In this document: piece by piece, positions 58,120 through 64,000 of the stretch
Layout: every line of letters begins with the position of its first letter
How positions within the stretch are numbered: position 1 is the stretch's first letter
Origin: Zootoca vivipara
Lineage: Eukaryota
DNA length: 64,000 nt
Assembly (NCBI RefSeq): GCF_963506605.1
Contig: NC_083288.1
Location: 37,882,001-37,946,000 of the forward strand
Reading direction: 5' to 3'
Made by a program: the position numbers and the translations under genes
Notes under the pieces: model-generated
The model's input: the letters and a program-made list of their open reading frames with translations, nothing else
The model's database searches: none
Told to the model about the DNA's origin: nothing

Positions 58120-59220
58120 TGATGATGTTTCTTTTACAGAGGGACTTTCAGGCCAGTGGTTATATAGGAGTGCTGAGAACAGGGTACATGGACGAAGTTT
58201 CTTTGAGGCTGCAAGATAAGAATAAGGCATCTCTAGTGTGTTGGGCTCTCGCAAGTCACCCCCCCCCAAATAATAATATGTGTGCTATTTATTTCCACAC
58301 AATGCTGTGAGCACCCCAGGACTTCCTGAGCCCATACTAGGCAAGGAGACAACTCCTTTGGGTGGGGTGGTGCTGTTTCTTGGGAACAGAGAGAGATGCT
58401 AGTGATGGGGGTGGGGAGGTAGGGAAGAGAGACAACGGGAGCTTTTCTGTACTATTATCCATAGAGTCACAGTATCACAGCTATTATTAAAAGGGGCAGG
58501 GAAATAGTCTGGATTTCCTCACACTGTATTGTTAGGGGTTCTATCAGCAGAATTAGGAATTGTTGTAGGGTAGCTGATAGGGAAACACCCTGGAATTTTT
58601 GGATGCTGCTAAATTGCAAGTGATCCTTCAGTATTACTGTGATGCCACCTGCCCAGAAAACCCCAAAATGCTGTATAAAATGTATCCCCTTGCACTGGGA
58701 AGGTTCCAAGAGGTGTGCTTCCTAACATGCACCCACCCCTCCCTCCACCTAGCAATAACCAAGCCTCTTGCCTCCACCTCCTCCTCTGTTCGGCACACCA
58801 ACCCCTTCCTTCTTCCCTCCTAGGAATGCCCATTCCATGGGGCAGGGATCCAGCTGTAAATAGGGGGTGGGCGGGCTGTATTTATAACCTGAGGTCTGCA
58901 AAAGTATTAAAGGAGCCTTTATCTAATGCCAGCAGAGGGCCAATGTGTGTCTTTATTACTTCTCCCTGCTAAGCCTTCCACAGGCCGCTCGCAGTCCTGA
59001 ACTTAGGTCTGTCTGCTGTTTAAGCCCTCGTGTGCCCCATAAACCAAACCTGCCAATCCCAGCTCCCCCTCCCCCCTTGATTTTCCATTGGCACATCACA
59101 CCAATCACAAAAGAACCCCTCATTCAATCGCCTTTTATTGAACAGAGGAAAAGACACAGGGGTGGATGGCTGGCTGGCTGGCTGGCTGGCTAGAGCCGTG
59201 TCTGCTGATCACCTGGATGT

Positions 59221-61075
59221 TTATCCTGCATTTGACTTCTTGAAGATCCTGAATGAAATTGTGGAAGAAGAAGGAGGAGGGGAGTGTCATTCCATCCGTG
59301 GAGGTGGGAGTAAATAATGACACCCAAAGGCAATAAGGAGGCAGGGAGAATACTTGCAGTATAACATACACCGGCCAAAATGACACGTACACTTTAGATA
59401 TGATCTGATAGAGGAAGAACAGCAGGATGAGTATAATGGATCCCACTAGGATATAACGCAGCTGGTGTGGGAATGAACCTGTAGGGGGCAGAGAAAAGGA
59501 AGGTTGGTAGGGAAGGTTTGTCACAGGGAAATAGGGCAAGGCTAGAGCAGAGCTGGGGCAAGGAGGAGGAAGCCCAAAGCAGCCCTGAATCATTCTGGAA
59601 AGGGAGGACAGCAGAGGTTAGGCATAGAGCAGGGTGAATCAAGCCATTAGTCCACCTAGCCTAATATGGTCAACTCAGGCCATCAGTGGCGCTCTGGGTC
59701 TTTCCCAGCTCTTACCTGGAGGATGCCAGGGATTGAACCTGCTGGGACTTGGTGCCTGCAAAGGCTGTGCTCAGCCCCCTCCCCTGCAGGTGCTATTGGG
59801 GAGGGAGTATTTGAGAGCTGAGACAGTAGAGAGGGTCAAGAGACAGGAGTGGCAGGGGGACTCACTTGGGGGAATATACTCAGGCTGCTCTCCAATGAGC
59901 TTGTAAACGGCAAGGATCTTCTTCTCATCCGAGTCGGGATAATCAAACCAGAGATGCTGATGTCGGGGCAAATCTCTCTTGGTGGCATTCTCTGGGTTTC
60001 CTGCACGAGCTGTGGGCCCCAAAAGCATCTCCCATCAGTGGGCGTTTTAGCATTCCTGTGCTTAGTCCATTTACCTCATTACAAATGCAAGCAAACAAAA
60101 AATATGTTTTCCAAGAAACATTTGTGACTAATTTCCTGTTCCACGAACAGTCGTGCCCTTGCATTGCAGCAGCAATGAGTATTTCTCTTCCAGCCAGCCA
60201 CACAATGCTAATGCCTTATTGTAGCCATGATTTAGGCCCCACACAACCCACCACAAACTCCTTTGGCCTCATGAACAGTTGCCCCACACAGCCCTTTGCT
60301 TGGGCAAGAGAGGAAGTTAAAAAGGAGCAAATGTTTCCTGCTACAATCTGCGCTGCAAGATGAATGTGGAGAAGGAAAGAAGCCTCAGCAATCCAACATC
60401 ACCAGAACCTTATTGCGATGATAATCTCCACCGAGAACCTATTTGGAAGCTACTGTGGTAATAGGGAATTTTTGCAGTAACTATATCACTTCAACAAGTA
60501 TAACATGTAGTTTCAAACTTGGTTGGTTCAGGGCTGGAACCATCCCTAGCCATATAAAAATAATGCAAGATTGTTGACACATTTCTAGATCAGAATCCAA
60601 GGACTCCCTGTTATGGCTTCCCATTAAAGCAGTTTAAAATGAGTAGCGTGGAAATGCCCAGGGTCGAAATTATACTGTGGAGAGACCCTTCACACGGCCA
60701 GATGAAACATCCCAGGGTTCATAAGGCAAGGTCTAGGAAGCAGCCTTAAACCTAGATCAGTATTGTCTACCCCAAAGGACAGCATCTCTCCAGCATCTCA
60801 GGTGGAAGGTCTTCCCCAACATCTCCTACTCCAGACCCTTTTCATGGGAGCTGCAGAGATTGAACCTGAGATCTTCTGCCTGAAAGGAATAGCACTGAGC
60901 CATGGTCACTTCTGCAGCACTCACTGCTGCCAGGGATGAGTGGGGTGGAAGGATGCCTAGTGGAGGAAGAGCTGTGCTCACCTGTCACAAGCCGAGGACT
61001 ACTCAGGATCAGCTCGGAGAGATTTGTAAAAGTGTACAGGAGCTGGAGTAGCAGAAATTGCCCTCTGCTCAGCAT
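59221..61075 (-). CDS. C16orf92: Fertilization-influencing membrane protein (C16orf92/FIMP) orthologue, 117 aa
   Basis: Exons 60982-61075, 59866-60009, 59391-59478, 59221-59248 (354 nt). Signature WFDYPDSD..KILAVYKLIGEQP (human FFDYPDSD..LLAVAQFIGEKP, from recall), TM YILVGSIILILLFFLYQII. AATAAA at 59134-59139. Tail-to-tail with TLCD3B as in human. Confidence 0.88.
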
Positions 61076-61418
61076 AGCTGCTCTCCTGGCCACACCTACT
61101 TTCTATGACCTCACAATGGATGTGCCTCCCATCTCTGACCAACACTCCCTCCTTTCCAGCCTTCACTTAAAAGCCAAGATTCTTCCCACCCCCCAACAAA
61201 CCCAGGATCAATGTTCCCACAAGAAGACAACTCCACACTTTAAATGAAAATGAGTAAGGAGATTACATGGATTGCTTCAGCGTTTATTGTACACTTCTAC
61301 AAAAAAAAAAGGCACATTCAAAGGAGGCTCCGATGGCCTGGGAAAATTATTACATTCTATGTTTGCAAAGGTACTTAAAGCTCTCATCCAGAAGGAAAGC
61401 ATCCATCTCCAGCATCTA

Positions 61419-62998
61419 TCAGGTCGTAGAAGGCTTGGGCAAAATCCCCAACAATCCTCCTGCAGCTGTAAAAAGGTTGATAGGAGAAGAACCATCTGTG
61501 ATGAGTGTGGATTGAATGCCCAGGCCCTGGAGTAGTTTTGCCTGCATGGAAGATAATTTTATTAATAATAATATAATTAAATCTGTATATCGCCCTTCAT
61601 CCAAAGATCACAGGGCAGTCCACAACCTAAAATTATAAAATGAGAACGTAAAATAAACATAACAAAAACCAATAACCCCCCCTCCCACTAACACGTTTTA
61701 GAACATCAATCAGCCAAAGACCTAGTTAAAGAGAAACATCTTCACCTGGTGCCTAAAGATATGTAATGAAGGCACCAGGCGAGCTTCTCTGGAGAGGGCA
61801 TTCCACAAATGGGGAGCCACCACAGAAAAGGCCCGTTCTTGTGCTGCCACCCTCCAGAGATCTCATGGAGGAGTCACGTGAAGAAGGGCCTCAGAGGATG
61901 ATTGCAGGGTCCAGGTTGGGGCATATGGGGAGAGGTAGTCCTGAGCCATTTAAAGCTTTAAAGGTCAAAACCAGCACTTTGAATTAGGCCTGGAAACTAA
62001 TTGGCAGCCAGTGCAATCAGGGCATGATCAGTGTAATTTGCCCAAGTGAGCAACCTAGCTGCCAAATTCTGCACTGGCTGAAATTCCCAAACCATCTTCA
62101 GAGGCAGCCCCACATATAATGTCTTGCAGTAATCTAGAGTTTACCAGAGCACAGACAACCGAACATAGGCTACCCCTATGCAGATAGGGGTGCAGCTTCA
62201 GCTGCTGGCCCTCAGTGCTACCCACCCCTAACTCCAGAAGGATACCATGGCCGATGGTATTGAGAGCCACTGAGACGTTGAGGGGAATTAACAGGGACAC
62301 ATTCCCCCTGTCTCTCTCCCAACAGAGGTCATCATACAGGGCAACCAAAGCAGCTTCTGTGCTAAAACCAGACCTGAACCCCGACTGAAATGGCTCTAGA
62401 AAATCATTTCCCTCCAAGAATGCCTGGATCTGGTCTGCGACCACCCGCTCAATGACCTTGCCCAAGAAGCGAGATAATTCATCAATCCTCTTGCCCAAAA
62501 CATAGCAATCTCTTAGGATTCCCTGTTGCTAACACTCTAGTTCTGTTTTGCCTCCCACATTCCCTCAAGTCCTTAGGCCAGGTCAAGTTACTTGCTTTAG
62601 AAAAAGCTCGGTTATCTTCTACTCCACCTGGCAGGGCCATCACCTGTTGCCAGATCCTTCCTAACGGAAGCCGCCAGCAGGGATTGAACTGGGACCAAGC
62701 ACAAGCTTTGCCACTGAGTTATGGCTCCATCCCCGATAAAAAAGTGACAAGCTTCTAAAGAACCCCTCCCTATTGCTCCAGAACCCTCTCTCCTCTCCTC
62801 GCTTCTCACCTGCATCTCTGGGCCGGCCACAGCAATGTCACGGATAGTGCTGGCCCCCAGCGCACTTATTACCGCCTCAAATTTCTTCACTTCAACAGCA
62901 GCCAGAGCCTCCGCACGAGCCACGTCCAGCTCGGCCTTAGTCTTGGAGTAGCGCAGCTCCTGCTCTTGCGCTCGGTCCAGACGCTGCAGTTCCGACTC
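61419..62998 (-). CDS. MVP: Major vault protein, last two coding exons (gene continues beyond window)
   Basis: Exon 62810-62998 (..[30 protein letters not shown]) and exon 61419-61541 ([24 protein letters not shown]). AATAAA at 61283-61288. Confidence 0.93.
61560..62470 (-). mobile_element. L2-clade LINE fragment in the last MVP intron
   Basis: RT remnant [31 protein letters not shown] and an L2-type 3' end. Confidence 0.8.
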
Positions 62999-63261
62999 CT
63001 GCAAGGGATGGTGGGGAAGAGAGTGCGCAAGATGCTCAGCACATGGGACAATGACAACCGGCATCAAAGGGTTTGGGTTGTTTTTCTGAAATAAACATTG
63101 CACCTAGGAGGACACATTGGTTTGGATCCAAACATCTGAGTGGAAGCAAAAGCAGTCCACTAGCACTGTTCCTTAGACCAGGAGCAGATGGTCTTGAATT
63201 ACAACTCCCACTATTCCTTGCCATTGACCATGCTGGCAGATTATTATATATTATTGTAGAT

Positions 63262-63397
63262 CAGGCATCCACAAACTTCGGCTCTCCAGATGTTTTGGAC
63301 TACAATTCCCATCATCCCTGACCACTGGTCCTGTTAGCTAGGGATCATGGGAGTTGTAGGCCAAAACATCTGGAGGGCTGCAGTTTGGGGATGCCTG
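63262..63397. mobile_element. hAT MITE, 136 bp
   Basis: TIRs CAGGCATCC / GGATGCCTG, near-perfect hairpin, 8-bp TSD TTGTAGAT on both sides. Confidence 0.88.
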
Positions 63398-64000
63398 TTG
63401 TAGATTTATCTATACCTCGCTGTTTCCCCTAGCAGGACTCAAGGTAGCTTGAGTTGGGAATTCACCAACATCTGGAGGGCCAGAGTTTTTAGCCAGCTCT
63501 ACCTTAAAACATCTGCACAAGAGCCCAGAAGTAGTGCAGCGTGTGGCATGCAATCTTGATAACTGGGCCTCATACTTCCAATTATGGAAGAGTTTTACAC
63601 CAAAGGAAAAGCATTTATTATTATTATTTTCCACTTTTCTTTCCCGATGTCCTGGAGACAAGGGTATAAAGAGAGGCCCCACTTCAACAAGAGGAAGATG
63701 GCTTTTGTACACTGAAAGGCACTTCTGGATCCAGTCCAATGTATTTAAAAATCCAAACGTGCCGCCAATACAGCCATCATTTCTTCTAAACAAATTTGGG
63801 TAGCTGCCAGGGCCTAGGGCTCACCGAAGGAGCCACCAAGCCAAGGGCTCCTGGAATAGCTGAGCCATGGAATTTAAAAAGCCCTCCAGGTCAGGCCTTC
63901 CCGAGTGTAGTCTTCTTGATGTATTGATTAAGAAACATTTTCTTAATCCGGAATTTTCAATTCCGCTCAGACAGGCGTAGAATGCTAGAGCTGAAATGGA

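Noticed and set aside
60074-60121. Hydrophobic MFLGKHIFCLLAFVM as FIMP signal-peptide exon
   Set aside because: Its donor is phase 2 whereas exon 59866-60009 needs phase 1. Exon 60982-61075 fits instead.

Overview
Vertebrate genomic DNA from a squamate, probably a lacertid lizard (Sauria/Squam SINEs, CR1, L2). The window is syntenic with the human 16p11.2 block. Spliced gene models read by hand, in order: TBX6 (+, 5' exons outside the window), PPP4C (-, complete, 307 aa), ALDOA (-, complete, 364 aa, with candidate housekeeping and muscle promoters), an intact SH2-SH3-SH3 CRK/CRKL-family gene that is not at this position in human (-, 251 aa, GC-AG intron), a 144-aa single-TM Cys-rich protein gene matching my recollection of the uncharacterised human ORF upstream of ALDOA (LOC112694756) (-), a bidirectional CpG island, TLCD3B/FAM57B (+, 278 aa, plus a second alternative first coding exon), C16orf92/FIMP (-, 117 aa) and the last two exons of MVP (-). 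The strongest novelty candidates are the putative third CRK paralog, the Cys-rich membrane microprotein, and a reptile orthologue of the sperm-egg fusion factor FIMP. There is one 223-N assembly gap. All identities come from recall of protein families, exon sizes and synteny; no database search was run.
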